This document shows positions 1-13,205 of a DNA stretch of 64,000 nt, piece by piece. The notes under the pieces were generated by a model, which saw only the letters and a program-made list of their open reading frames with translations, made no database searches and was not told the origin of the DNA. Both the position numbers and the translations under genes were made by a program. The first letter of the stretch is position 1; each line of letters starts with the position of its first letter. Origin of the DNA: Macrostomum lignano (taxonomy: Eukaryota). Where the stretch lies: positions 97,494 through 161,493 of the forward strand of contig NIVC01000406.1 of the NCBI GenBank assembly GCA_002269645.1. Direction: 5' to 3'.

Positions 1-1976
1 CATCATCTCCCTGGACCAATCATCTCCCTGCACCATCATCTCCTGCACCATCATCTCCCTGCACCATCATCTCCCTCACCATCATCTCCCTGCAGCCATC
101 ATCTCACAATGCATCTCCCTCACATCTCCTTGCAACCATCATACTCCTTGCACCATCATCTCCTTGCACCATCATCTCCTTGCACCATCATCTCCCTGCA
201 CCCATCATCTCCCTGCACCATCATCCTCCTTGCACCATCATCTCCCTGCACCATCATCTCCCTGCACATCATGCTCCCTGCACCATCATCTCCTTGCACC
301 ATCATCTCCCTGCACCGTCATCTCATCATCTCCCTGCACCGTCATCTCCCTGCACCATCATCTCCCTGCACCATCATCTCCCTGCACCATCATCTCTTGC
401 ACCATCATCTCCCTGCACCGTCATCTCATCATCTCCCTGCACCGTCATCTCCCTGCACCATCATCTCCCTGCACCATCATCTCCTTGCACCATCATCTCC
501 CTGCACCGTCATCTCATCATCTCCCTGCACCGTCATCTCCCTGCACCATCATCTCCCTGCACCATCATCTCCTTGCACAGCGCACCATCATCTCCCTGCA
601 CCAGTCATCTCATCATCTCCCTGCACCGTCATCTCCCTGCACCATCATCTCCCTGCACCATCATCTCCCTGCAACCATCATCTCCCTGCACCATCATCAT
701 CTACCTGCATCATCATCTCCCTGCACCATCATCTCCTGCACATCATCTCTCCTGAGCACATCAATCATCTCCTTGCACGAACATCATCTCTTGCACCATC
801 ATCTCCCTGCACCATCATGCTCCTTGCACACCATCATCTCCCTGCACCATCATCTCCCTGCACCGTCATCTCCCTGCACCATCATCTCCCTGCACCATCA
901 TCTCCCTGCACACAATCATCCCATGCACCATCATCTCTCTTGCACCGATCATCTATCTCCTTGCACCCATCATCTCCCTGCACCATCATCTCCCTGCACC
1001 ATCATCTCCTTGCACCACATCATCTCCCTGCACATCATCTCCCTGACCACGATCATCTCCCTGCACCATCATCTCCTTGCACCAATCATCTCCCTGCACC
1101 GTCATCTCATCATCTCCCTGCACCGTCATCTCCCTGCACCATCATCTCCCTGCACCATCATCTCCCTGCACCGTCATCTCCTTGCACATCATCTCCCTGC
1201 ACCATCATCTCCCTGCACCATCATCTCCTTGCACCATCATCTCCTTGCACCATCATCTCCCTGCACCATCATCTCCCTGCACCATCATCTCCCTGCACCA
1301 TCATCTCATCTCCCTGCATCATCATCTCCTGCACCGTCATCTCATCTCCCTGCACCATCATCTCCCTGCACCGTCATCTCCTGCACCATCATCTCTCTGC
1401 ACCATCATCTCCCTGCACCATCATCTCCTTGCACCATCATCTCCTTGCACCATCATCTCCCTGCACCATCATCTCCCTGCACCATCATCTCCCTGCACCA
1501 TCATCTCATCTCCCTGCATCATCATCTCCCTGCATCATCATCTCCCTGCACCATCATCTCCCTGCACATCATCATCTCCCTGCACCATCATTCTCCCTGC
1601 ACCATCATCTCCCTGCACCATCATCTCCCTGCACCATCATCTCCCTGCACCATCATCTCCCTGCACCATCATCTCCCTGCACCATCATCTCCCTGCACCA
1701 TCATCTGCCCTGCACCATCATCTCCCTGCACCATCATCTCCCTGCACCATCATCTCCCTGCACCATCATCTCCCTGCATCATCATCTCCCTGCACCCATC
1801 ATCTCCCTGCACCATCATCTCATCATCTCCCTGCCACCATCATCTCCCTGCACCATCATCTCCCTGCACCATCATCTCATCATCTCCCTGCACCATCATC
1901 CCCTCCTGCACCATCATCTCCCTGCACCATCATCTCCCTGCACCATCATCTCACTGAACCATCATCTCCCTGCACC
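1..1976. repeat. 16-bp minisatellite (CATCATCTCCCTGCAC)n, indel-rich, runs off the window start
   Basis: Directly visible tandem unit with variants CCGT, CCTTGCAC and a CATCT insertion; source of the spurious APSSPCTIISLHHHLP ORFs. Confidence 0.97.
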
Positions 1977-2059
1977 AAAACGATCGCTCCGAGCATCTCT
2001 GCACCTTGCAGCCTGGGAAATTTCTGCTTTACCACACGCTACTCAGCCTCTACAGAATG

Positions 2060-2680
2060 CAGGAGTGATCAGTTCAGGAGTGATCAGTTCAGGAGTGATC
2101 AGTTCAGGAGTGATCAGTTCAGGAGTGATCAGTTCAGGAGTGATCAGTTCAGGAGTGATCAGTTCAGGAGTGATCAAGTTCAGGAGTGATCAGTTCAGGA
2201 GTGATCAGTTCAGGAGTGATCAGTTCAGGAGTGATCAGTTCAGGAGTGATCAGTTCAGGAGTGATCAGTTCAGGAGTGATCAGTTCAGGAGTGATCAGTT
2301 CAGGAGTGATCAGTTCAGGAGTGATCAGTTCAGGAGTGATCAGTTCAGGAGTGATCAGTTCAGGAGTGATCAGTTCAGGAGTGATCAAGTTTCAGGAGTG
2401 ATCAGTTCAGGAGTGATCAGTTCAGGAGTGATCAGTTCAGGAGTGATCAGTTCAGGAGTGATCAGTTCAGGAGTGATCAGTTCAGGAGTGATCAGTTCAG
2501 GAGTGATCAGTTCAGGAGTGATCAGTTCAGGAGTGATCAGTTCAGGAGTGATCAGTTCAGGAGTGATCAGTTCAGGAGTGATCAGTTCAGGAGTGATCAG
2601 TTCAGGAGTGATCAGTTCAGGAGTGATCAGTTCAGGAGTGATCAGTTCAGGAGTGATCAGTTCAGGAGTGATCAGTTCAG
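2060..2680. repeat. 15-bp minisatellite (CAGGAGTGATCAGTT)n, ~41 near-perfect copies
   Basis: Homogeneous array; only two indel variants seen (near 2175 and 2386). Confidence 0.97.
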
Positions 2681-3126
2681 CAGTTCTCTAGCACGCTTCA
2701 AGTCGCCATATCGCAGAGCGTCACTCTTCGATAGTTGTTTGCTCGCCACGAAGTGAGGAGTTGTGGGCACACGCTTGTACGCAAAGTGCTTTCGTCTTAT
2801 ACGGGCTCTGCTTCAGGTCGCGCCCTCTCAGCCTCTCTCCAAACCCCTTCCCTTCTCAGCAGTGAGCTAACAGAAATCACGGACTTGAGGATCAAGTGCG
2901 AATTGAGTGGCCGATAAGCGAGTCTTCGGCCCCCTTAAATTGTTGGCTACGATGCAAATTTTCGAGCACACACGAGAGCTGGCATGTGCTCAAGACTGCC
3001 CCCAGACACTCGACTTTATCGGAGAAGGGGAGATGAGGGCAGCGGAGAGAGGCCTCCTGTCGCTTTTGCAATAATGCAGTGACAGTTATGAGCCTGAGTT
3101 GGCTGCAGTGACCGGATGATGACGAC

Positions 3127-4463
3127 GCAGGGAGATGATGGTGCAGGGAGATGATGGTGCAGGGAGATGATGGTGCAGGGAGATGATGGTGCAGGGAGAT
3201 GATGGTGCAGGGAGATGATGAATGATGGTGCAGGGAGATGATGAGATGACGGTGCATGGAGATGATGGTGCAGGGAGATGACGGTGCAGGGAGATGATGA
3301 GATGACGGTGCAGGGAGATGATGGTGCAGGGAGATGATGGTGCAGGGAGATGATGGTGCAGGGAGATGATGATGCAGGGAGATGATGGTGCAGGGAGATG
3401 ATGATGCAGGGAGATGATGAGATGACGGTGCAGGGAGATGATGGTGCAGGGAGATGATGGTGCAGGGAGATGATGATGCAGGGAGATGATGATGCAGGGA
3501 GATGATGGTGCAGGGAGATGATGAGATGATGGTGCAGGGAGATGATGAGATGACGGTGCATGGAGATGATGGTGCAGGGAGATGACGGTGCAGGGAGATG
3601 ATGAGATGACGGTGCAGGGAGATGATGGTGCAGGGAGATGATGGTGCAGGGAGATGATGATGCAGGGAGATGATGGTGCAGGGAGATGATGATGCAGGGA
3701 GATGATGATGCAGGGAGATGAGATGATGGTGCAGGGAGATGATGGTGCAGGGAGATGATGGTGCAGGGAGATGATGGTGCAGGGAGATGATGATGCAGGG
3801 AGATGATGATGCAGGGAGATGAGATGATGGTGCAGGGAGATGATGGTGCAGGGAGATGATGGTGCAGGGAGATGATGGTGCAAGGAGATGATGGTGCAAG
3901 GAGATGATGGTGCAGGGAGATGATGGTGCAGGGAGATGATGGTGCAGGGAGATGATGAGATGACGGTGCATGGAGATGATGGTGCAGGGAGATGATGAGA
4001 TGACGGTGCATGGAGATGATGGTGCAGGGAGATGACGTGCAGGGAGATGATGAGATGACGGTGCAGGGAGATGATGAGATGACGGTGCAGGGAGATGATG
4101 GTGCAAGGAGATGATGGTGCAGGGAGATGATGATGCAGGGAGATGATGGTGCAGGGAGATGATGGTGCAGGGAGATGATGGTGCAAGGAGATGATGGTGC
4201 AAGGAGATGATGGTGCAGGGAGATGATGGTGCAGGGAGATGATGGTGCAGGGAGATGACGGTGCAGGGAGATGATGGTGCAGGGAGATGATGGTGCAGGG
4301 AGATGATGAGATGATGGTGCAGGGAGATGATGGTGCAAGGAGATGATGGTGCAGGGAGATGATGGTGCAGGGAGATGATGGTGCAGGGAGATGATGGTGC
4401 AGGGAGATGATGGTGCAGGGAGATGATGGTGCAAGGAGATGATGGTGCAGGGAGATAATGGTG
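3127..4463. repeat. 16-bp minisatellite (GTGCAGGGAGATGATG)n, reverse complement of the 1-1976 array
   Basis: Unit is the exact reverse complement of the first array and shares its variants (ACGG, GCAAGG, AGATG insertion). Confidence 0.97.
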
Positions 4464-5229
4464 AAAAAGTCTTAATAGCGCCAGAAATTTCAATTAGAGT
4501 CAGCAGTGGCGCACAATGAAGAGGGAAGCAACTGATTGGAATTTCAGTCAGTCAGTCACGCAGACAGTCATGAAAAATAGAGAAATATTCTTGCCAATTT
4601 CTTCAGTGAGCTGCTCCAGGTGGCAACAGGTGGGGAGAGGTGAGCAGCCCACAAAGATGACTTTCGCTACTCCTGAGCTTCCATTATTGTCTGCACAGGA
4701 AGACATCTCTTGAGCTTAGAAGAGCAGGCTTTCACTCTGGCTGCATTCACGCACAAAACTTTCACTGAACTGTCTTAGGTATTCACAGGCGCGCTCACTG
4801 TGAGACGTCTGCTTGAAGGAAGGAAACAGAGTTTAACAAAGCGGGGACAAAAGGCCCTTCTTTATACCAGAGTCTACCTGGGGTGGCACTGGAGTTCAAC
4901 TGCTTTCATCCCCGGGATGCTGACAGCGGCTCCATCCTGACTTCCCTATTTTCATCCCTTGGCTTTCACTCTCCCAGCCTGTCCGCAGCTCTTGCTTATT
5001 TCTGTTCGTGTTTCCGGGTCTTGAGTTGGCTTAGCGCCAGTGTAAGTCCCGGATTCGATTCCTTGCGCTGCGGGCCTTTAGTTCAGCAGAGCCGAACTGA
5101 ATGCTAACTATACTTGACCGAGTATCCCTGACTTCACTCTTCCAGTATCTCTCCATCAAATCTATTCAATTTCTCCTTTCTCTGCCTTCTGTCTTCTGTC
5201 CTATCTCTCCTCTCTGTCCTCTGTTTTCC

Positions 5230-5965
5230 CACATCTCCTCTCTCATCCATTCTCTATCCTCTCTCCTCTCTCCTCTCTCCTCTCTCCTCTCTCCTCTCTC
5301 CTCTCTCCTCTCTCCTCTCTCCTCTCTCTCTCTCTCCTCTCTCCTCTCTCCTCTCTCCTCTCTCCTCTCTCCTCTCTTCTCTCTCCTCTCTTCTCTCTCC
5401 TCTCTCTCTCCTCTCTCCTCTCTCCTCTCTCCTCTCTCCTCTCTCCTCTCTCCTCTCTCCTCTCTTCTCTCTCCTCTCTTCTCTCTCCTCTCTTCTCTCT
5501 CCTCTCTCCTCTCTCCTCTCTCCTCTCTCCTCTCTCCTCTCTCCTCTCTTCTCTCTCCTCTCTTCTCTCTCCTCTCTTCTCTCTCCTCTCTCCTCTCTTC
5601 TCTCTCCTCTCTCCTCTCTCTCCTCTCTTCTCTCTCCTCTCTCCTCTCTCCTCTCTCCTCTCTCCTCTCTCCTCTCTCCTCTCTCTCCTCTCTTCTCTCT
5701 CCTCTCTCCTCTCTCCTCTCTTCTCTCTCCTCTCTTCTCTCTCCTCTCTTCTCTCTTCTCTCTCCTCTCTTCTCTCTCCTCTCTCCTCTCTCCTCCTCTC
5801 TCTCTCCTCTCTCCCTCTCTCCTCTCTCTCTCTCTCCTCTCTCCTCTCTCCTCTCTCTCTCTCCTCTCTCCTCTCTCCTCTCTCCTCTCTCCTCTCTCCT
5901 CTCTCCTCTCTCTCCTCTCTCTCTTCTCTTCTCTTTCCTCGCTCTCTTTATATCCTCTCTCCTCT
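5230..5965. repeat. Polypyrimidine (CTCTCCT)n / CT-rich satellite
   Basis: 7-bp unit with CTCTTCT variants. Confidence 0.95.
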
Positions 5966-6464
5966 GTGTCTATTTAATGAAATATCTCCCTAGTTATTTA
6001 AATATTCGTTAAAATGACGCCATATATTAGTTTTAGCATTTTCCATGATCACTGATAAAATTCCCAGTTTCCAAATTCCACAAATCCATATTTCCGACAA
6101 AGGAGAGAAGTAGAAAAATGACCCATTTCTCACATCTTAGCGGAAACAGCGCCAACAGAAATCGTGGAGATTTCTAGTCAACTCTCAGAGCGCTGTGATT
6201 GGCTGAGAGCAGCACTGGATAGGAGTTGCTGTTCCACTGGGAAATTTCATCCCTAATAAAATTGGAGAACTGCTGAGCGTCAGACGGCACTTTGCCATTG
6301 TTTCTGCAGATCTCCTTCCAGACAGCTTCAATTCATGCTGCCTTAGCCGAATATTCCACTGACTGACAAGCCGCTTGTACTCCGCAAGATTCACCTGGAT
6401 GCCATGAGTGAGTTGTTTATGATTCGCAAATCATCTGAGACATTGCTTCTCCTCTGACTATTCT

Positions 6465-7470
6465 CCCCTCTGACTCTTTTTCCTTCTGACTCTTCTCCCC
6501 TCTGACTCCCCCTCTGACTCTCCCTCTGACTCTCCCTCTGACTCTCCCTCTGACTCCCCCTCTGACTCCCCCTCTGACTCCCCCTCTGACTCCCCCTCTG
6601 AATCCCCCTCTGACTCCCCCTCTGACTCCCCCTCTGACTCCCCCTGACTCTCCTCTGACTCCCCCTCTGAATCCCCCTGACTCTCCCTCTGACTCCCCCT
6701 CTGACTCCCCCCTCTGACTCTGACTCCCTCTGACTCCCCCTCTGACTCCCCTTCTGACTCCCCCTTTGACTCCCCCTCTGACTCCCCCTCTGACTCCCCC
6801 TCTGAATCCCCTCTGACTCCCCCTCTGACTCCCCCTCTGACTCCCCCTCTGACTCCCCCTCTGACTCCCCCTCTGACTCCCTCAGACTCCCCCTCTGACT
6901 CCCCTTCTGACTCCCCTCTGACTCCCCCTCTGACTCCCCCTCTGACTCCCTCAGACTCCCCCTCTGACTCCCCTTCTGACTCCCCCTTTGACTCCCCCTC
7001 TGACTCCCCCTCAGACTCCCCTCTGAATCCCCCTCTGACTCCCCCTCTGACTCCCCCTCTGACTCCCCCTCTGACTCCCCCTCTGAATCCCCCTCTGACT
7101 CCCCCTCTGAATCCCCCTCTGACTCCCCCTCTGACTCCCCCTCTGAATCCCCCTCTGACTCCCCCTCTGAATCCCCCTCTGACTCCCCCTCTGAATCCCC
7201 TTTGACTCCCCCTCTGACTCCCCCTCTGACTCCCCCTCTGAATCCCCCTCTGACTCCCCCTCTGAATCCCCCTCTGACTCCCCCTCTGACTCCCCCTCTG
7301 ACTCCCTCAGACTCCCCCTCTGACTCCCCTTCTGACTCCCCCTTGACTCCCCCTCTGACTCCCCCTCTGACTCCCCCTCTGAATCCCCCTTTGACTCCCC
7401 CTCTGACTCCCCCTCTGACTCCCCTCTGAATCCCCCTTTGACTCCCCCTCTGACTCCCCCTCTGACTCTC
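6465..7470. repeat. 13-bp minisatellite (CTCTGACTCCCCC)n
   Basis: About 75 copies with C-run length and GAAT variants. Confidence 0.95.
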
Positions 7471-8052
7471 CCCAATTTTTCCAGTCTCTTAAGTTCCGGC
7501 TTAGACATTTCGATAAAAAAATCGTTCTCATATTCGCAGCTAAAATTCAGTTCAAAAGACAGCCTGTTTATCATGCAGCCTAATCCGATAAGAAAAGCAC
7601 TGCAGGGCACGGGTCAATATAGTGGTAAAAGTTCCCCATATAGGGAGGAGACAGTCAGTGAGCTCGGCAAGAGTGAGCTAATATGGAATAAAATGCAAAA
7701 ATGCGACCAAGCCCTCTCTCCCTCTCTGACTGGGTGGCGGAGGCTGGCGGGTAACTGAGAGAGGAAAACTGACACTAGTGTAAACACCGAGAATAGGGGA
7801 TTAAAGCGGAGAAAAAGGAGGGGTTGTTGACAGAAAACCCGAGACTGTGGGTGCCGGATTTGCGCTTCTAAATCAGAATTGGGATGGATATTTTTTGTTC
7901 GTGAGATTGACTTCCGCTGGTAACGCTTGACCAAATCCCCGGGGTCCTCGCGGGTCCCCTACGCGTGACTGCCTGAGGAGTTACAGCTGAAGAAATGAGA
8001 CACAGTGACAAATTTGAGGCATGTCAATTAAAACTGTGTCTGCGGTTAGAAT

Positions 8053-11000
8053 GAGATTGACAATAAAAATGATAATGAGAATGAGAATGAGAATGAGTGT
8101 GAGAATGAGTGTGAGAATGAGTGTGAGAGTAAGAGTAAGAATGAGAATGAGAATGAGAATGAGAATGAGAATGAGAATGAGAATGAGATTGACAATAAAA
8201 ATGATAATGAGAATGAGAATGAGAATGAGTGTGAGAATGAGTGTGAGAATGAGTGTGAGAGTAAGAGTAAGAATGAGAATGAGAATGAGAATGAGAATGA
8301 GAATGAGAATGAGAATGAGAATGAGAATGAGAATGAGAATGAGAATGAGAGTGAGAGTAAGAATGAGAATGAGAGTGAGAATGAGAGTGAGAATGAGAAT
8401 GAGAATGAGAATGAGAATAAGAATGAGAATGAGAATGAGAATGAGAATGAGAATGAGAATGAGAATGAGAATGAGAATGAGAATGAGAGTGAGAGTAAGA
8501 ATGAGAATGAGAGTGAGAATGAGAGTGAGAATGAGAATGAGAATGAGAATGAGAATGAGAATGAGAATGAGAATGAGAATGAGAATGAGTGTGAGAATGA
8601 GTGTGAGAGTGAGAATGAGAGTGAGAGTGAGAATGAGAATGAGAATAAGAGTGAGAGTGAGAATGAGAGTGAGAGTGAGAATGAGAATAAGAATAAGAAT
8701 GAGAATGAGAGTGAGAGTGAGAATGAGAATGAGAGTGAGAATGAGAGTGAGAGTGAGAATGAGAATGAGAATGAGAATGAGAGTGAGAATCAGAATGAGA
8801 GTGAGAGTGAGAATGAGAATGAGAATGAGAATGAGAGTGAGAATGAGAATGAGAATGAGAATGAGAGTGAGAATGAGAGTGAGAGTGAGAGTGAGAATGA
8901 GAATGAGAATGAGAATGAGAGTGAGAATGAGATTGACAATAAAAATGAGAATGAGAATGAGAATGAGAATGAGAATGAGAATGAGAATGAGAATGAGAAT
9001 GAGTGTGAGAATGAGAATGCGAGTGAGAATGAGTAATGGGAATGAGAATGAGAATGAGAATGAGAATGAGAATGAGTGTGAGAATGAGAATGAGAATGAG
9101 AATGAGAATGAGAATGAGAATGAGAATGAGTGTGAGAATGAGAATGAGAATGAGAGTGAGAATGAGAATGAGAGTGAGAATGAGTAATGAGAATGAGAGT
9201 GAGAGTGAGAATGAGAATGAGAATGAGAATGAGAGTGAGAATGAGAGTGAGAGTGAGAATGAGAAAAAGAATAAGAATGAGAATGAGAGTGAGAGTGAGA
9301 ATGAAAATGAGAGTGAGAATGAGAGTGAGAGTGAGAATGAGAATGAGAATGAGAATGAGAGTGAGAATCAGAATGAGAGTGGGAGTGAGAATGAGAATGA
9401 GAATGAGAATGAGAGTGAGAATGAGAATGAGAATGAGAATGAGAATGAGAATGAGTGTGAGAATGAGAATGCGAGTGAGAATGAGTAATGGGAATGAGAA
9501 TGAGAATGAGAATGAGAATGAGAATGAGTGTGAGAATGAGAATGAGAATGAGAATGAGAATGAGAATGAGAATGAGAATGAGTGTGAGAATAAGAATGAG
9601 AGTGAGAATGAGTAATGAGAATGAGAATGAGAATGAGAATGAGAGTGAGAATGAGAATGAGAGTGAGAATGAGTAATGAGAATGAGAATGAAAATGAGAA
9701 TGAGAATGAGAATGAGAATGAGAATGAGAATGAGAATGAGAGTGAGAATGAGAATAAGAATGAGAGTGCGAATGAGAATGAGAAGAAGAATGAGAATGAG
9801 AATAAGAATGAGAATGAGAATAAGAATGAGAATAAGAATAAGAATGAGAATTAAAATGAGAATGAGAATGAGAGTGAGAATAAGAATAGGAATGAGAATG
9901 AGAATGAGAATGAGAGTGAGAGTGAGAATGAGAATGAGAATAAGAATAAGAATGAGAATGAGAGTAAGAGTGAGAATGAGAATAAGAATGAGAATGAGAA
10001 TAAGAATGAGAATGAAAATGAGAATGAGAATGAGAGTGAGAATGAAAATGAGAATGAGAATGAGAGTGAGAATAAGAATAAGAATGAGAATGAGAGAATG
10101 AGATTGAGAATTAGAATAAGAATAAGAATGAGAGTGAGAGTGAGAATGAGAATGAGAATGAGAATGAGTGTGAGAATGAGAATGAGAATGAGAGTGAGAG
10201 TGAGAATGAGAATGAGAATGAGAATGAGAATGAGAATGAGAATGAGAATGAGAGTGAGAGTGAGAGTGAGAATGAGAATGAGAATGAGAATGAGAATGAG
10301 AATGAGAGTGAGAGTGAGAATGAGAGTAAGAGTGAGAATGAGAATGAGAGTGAGAATGAGAATGAGAATTAGAATAAGAATAAGAATGAGAATGAGAATG
10401 AGAATGAGAATGAGAATGAGAGTGAGAGTGAGAATGAGAGTAAGAGTGAGAATGAGAATGAGTGCGAGAATGAGAATGAGAATGAGAGTGAGAATGAGAA
10501 TGAGAGTGAGAATGAGAGTAAGAGTGAGAATAAGAGTGAGAATGAGAATGAGAGTGAGAATCAGAATGAGAGTGGGAGTGAGAATGAGAATGAGAATGAG
10601 AATGAGAGTGAGAATGAGAATGAGAATGAGAATGAGAATGAGAATGAGTGTGAGAATGAGAATGCGAGTGAGAATGAGTAATGGGAATGAGAATGAGAAT
10701 GAGAATGAGAATGAGAATGAGTGTGAGAATGAGAATGAGAATGAGAATGAGAATGAGAATGAGAATGAGAATGAGTGTGAGAATGAGAATGAGAGTGAGA
10801 ATGAGTAATGAGAATGAGAATGAGAATGAGAATGAGAGTGAGAATGAGAATGAGAGTGAGAATGAGAATGAGAATGAGAATGAGAATGAGAATGAGAATG
10901 AGAATGAGAATGAGAATGAGAATGAGAGTGAGAATGAGAATAAGAATGAGAGTGCGAATGAGAATGAGAAGAAGAATGAGAATGAGAATAAGAATGAGAA

Positions 11001-11121
11001 TGAGAATGAGAATGAGAATGAGAGTGAGAATGAGAGTGAGAATGAGAGTGAGAATGAGAGTGAGAATGAGAATGAGAGTGAGAGTGACAATGAGAGTGAG
11101 AATGACTGTGAGAATGAGAAT
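8053..11121. repeat. 3-kb hexamer satellite (GAGAAT/GAGAGT)n with internal block duplications
   Basis: Direct inspection; rare variant motifs recur about 1.19 kb apart. Confidence 0.97.
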
Positions 11122-11146
11122 AAAAATTCTCACTCTGCAATTTCAG

Positions 11147-11275
11147 GTGAAGACGATGCCAGCAGGTCATTTCTTGTGGACGAGCACATGCAGCGACAGC
11201 AGCAGCAGCAGCAGCAGCAGCTGATGCAGTTAGAAGCTGGAAGCCCTAACAAGCCCCTCTCTGGCTCAAGAAAAG
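11147..11275 (+). CDS. Putative internal exon of an unidentified gene (GEDDASRSFLVDEHMQRQ8LMQLEAGSPNKPLSGSRK)
   Basis: tttcag acceptor, AAG/gtgagc donor, 129 nt, phase 1 at both ends, open polyQ frame. An alternative minus-strand polyAla exon also has plausible splice sites, so strand is uncertain. Confidence 0.4.
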
Positions 11276-11418
11276 GTGAGCTTTGTGATTCAGAACTTTT
11301 ATTCCTTCAGCTCTTTGTGTCTTAACCAGTTTGTGAGATCTTCTACAAATTTTTATGTTTATAACCTTTTAGTTTGGGATTTTTTAAAGAATTTGTTTCA
11401 GAATTGTTTAAATAGTTT

Positions 11419-11740
11419 CTCACATTAGTTTAGATTGTGTTTCACATTAGTTTAGATTGTGTTTCACATTAGTTTAGATAATGTTTTACATTAGTTTAGA
11501 CAGTGTTTCACATTAGTTTAGATTGTGTTTCACATTAGTTTAGATTGTGTTTCACATTAGTTTAGATTGTGTTTCACATTAGTTAAGATTGTGTTTCACA
11601 TTAGTTTAGATTGTGTTTCACATTAGTTTATATTGTGTTTCATAGTCATTTACATTGTGTTTCACATTAGTTTAGATAGTGTTTCACATTAGTCTAGATT
11701 GTGTTTCACATTAGTTTAGATAGTGTTTCACATTCGTTTA
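11419..11740. repeat. 22-bp minisatellite (CACATTAGTTTAGATTGTGTTT)n
   Basis: About 14 copies visible. Confidence 0.95.
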
Positions 11741-12296
11741 AAATGTTCTTTCAGATTTGTATATATTGTGCTTTGGTTTGTTTAGAACGTGACACTGTCA
11801 CAGACACAGGCTAAAGAAGTCATGATCACAGTCACAATCTCTGTCACAGTCACATCTACCTGTGACAGTCGCAATTAAACTCCCAGTCCCTACCAAAATC
11901 AACACAGCGGCATCTATTAGGCAGCTGTCAGTTGAGCCAGTTAGAATTTCCTCACAAGGGTGCTTCAAAGGTCCAGGCAAAAGGCCAGGAATATGAATTG
12001 CGTATCGCATTTACTTTAAACCTCGGGCCCAATTTTAATTGAGTCACCCAGGACCTGATTGAATTCTTCACTGCAACAGATGGCAGAGACACGGGGTGAG
12101 ACAGCGAGGGCACAGATTGTTCATAACATTTGCTACGAGAAAAGTGAAAGTAAAACAGTCGCTAGCTGAGTAGAGAAATGCTTGAAGTACTCAGAAAATA
12201 CGCTTCTTATAATCCACGATAAATGCTAGCTAAATAAGAAATGGAATGGCGAAAGCAGTTACAAGATAAGAATATTAACAGGAAAGATTAAAATTA

Positions 12297-13205
12297 GTGA
12301 GAGAGTGAGAGGGTGAGAGAGTGAGAGAGTGAGAGAGTGAGAGAGTGAGAGGGTGAGAGGGTGAGAGAGTGAGAGAGTGAGAGAGTGAGAGAGTGAGAGA
12401 GTGAGAGGGTGAGAGAGTGAGAGAGTGAGAAAGTGAGAGAGTGAGAGTAAGAGAGTAAGAGTGAGAGAGTAAGAGAGTGAGTGAGTGAGTGAGAGAGTGA
12501 GAGAGTGAGAGAGTGAGAGAGTGAGAGAGTGAGAGGGTGAGAGAGTGAGAGAGTGAGAAAGTGAGAGAGTGAGAGTGAGAGAGTAAGAGTGAGAGAGTAA
12601 GAGAGTGAGTGAGTGAGTGAGAGAGTGAGAGAGTGAGAGAGTGAGAGAGTGAGAGGGTGAGAGAGTGAGAGAGTGAGAAAGTGAGAGAGTGAGAGTGAGA
12701 GAGTAAGAGTGAGAGAGTAAGAGAGTGAGTGAGTGAGTGAGAGAGTGAGAGAGTGAGAGAGTGAGAGAGTGAGAGGGTGAGAGAGTGAGAGAGTGAGAAA
12801 GTGAGAGAGTGAGAGTGAGAGAGTAAGAGTGAGAGAGTAAGAGAGTGAGTGAGTGAGTGAGAGAGTGAGAGAGTGAGAGAGTGAGAGAGTGAGAGAGTGA
12901 GAGAGTGAGAGAGAGTGAAAGAGTGAGAGTGAGAGAGCGAGAGAGAGTGAAAGAGTGAGAGTGAGAGAGTGAGAGTGAGAGAGTAAGAGTGAGAGAGTGA
13001 GAGAGTGAGAGAGTGAGAGTGAGAGAGTGAGAGTGAGAGAGTGAGAGTGAGAGAGTGAGAGTGAGAGAGTGAGAGTGAGAGTGAGAGTGAGAGAGTAAGA
13101 GTGAGAGAGTGAGAGAGTGAGAGTGAGAGAGTGAGAGTGAGAGAGTGAGAGTGAGAGAGTGAGAGAGTAAGAGTGAGAGAGTGAGAGAGTGAGAGAGAGT
13201 GAAAG
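12297..13205. repeat. (GAGAGAGT)n satellite with 120-bp higher-order repeat
   Basis: Lines starting 12541, 12661 and 12781 are identical, giving a 120-bp period. Confidence 0.95.

Noticed and set aside
109-4493. Long His/Pro/Ser-rich ORFs (up to 860 aa) on both strands
   Set aside because: Translations of a 16-bp unit cycling through frames; indel-rich, no synonymous-site pattern, mirrored in the inverted array.
8021-11170. Poly-RM, poly-EN, poly-HS and poly-IL ORFs
   Set aside because: Stop-free frames of a hexamer satellite on both strands; no coding signal.
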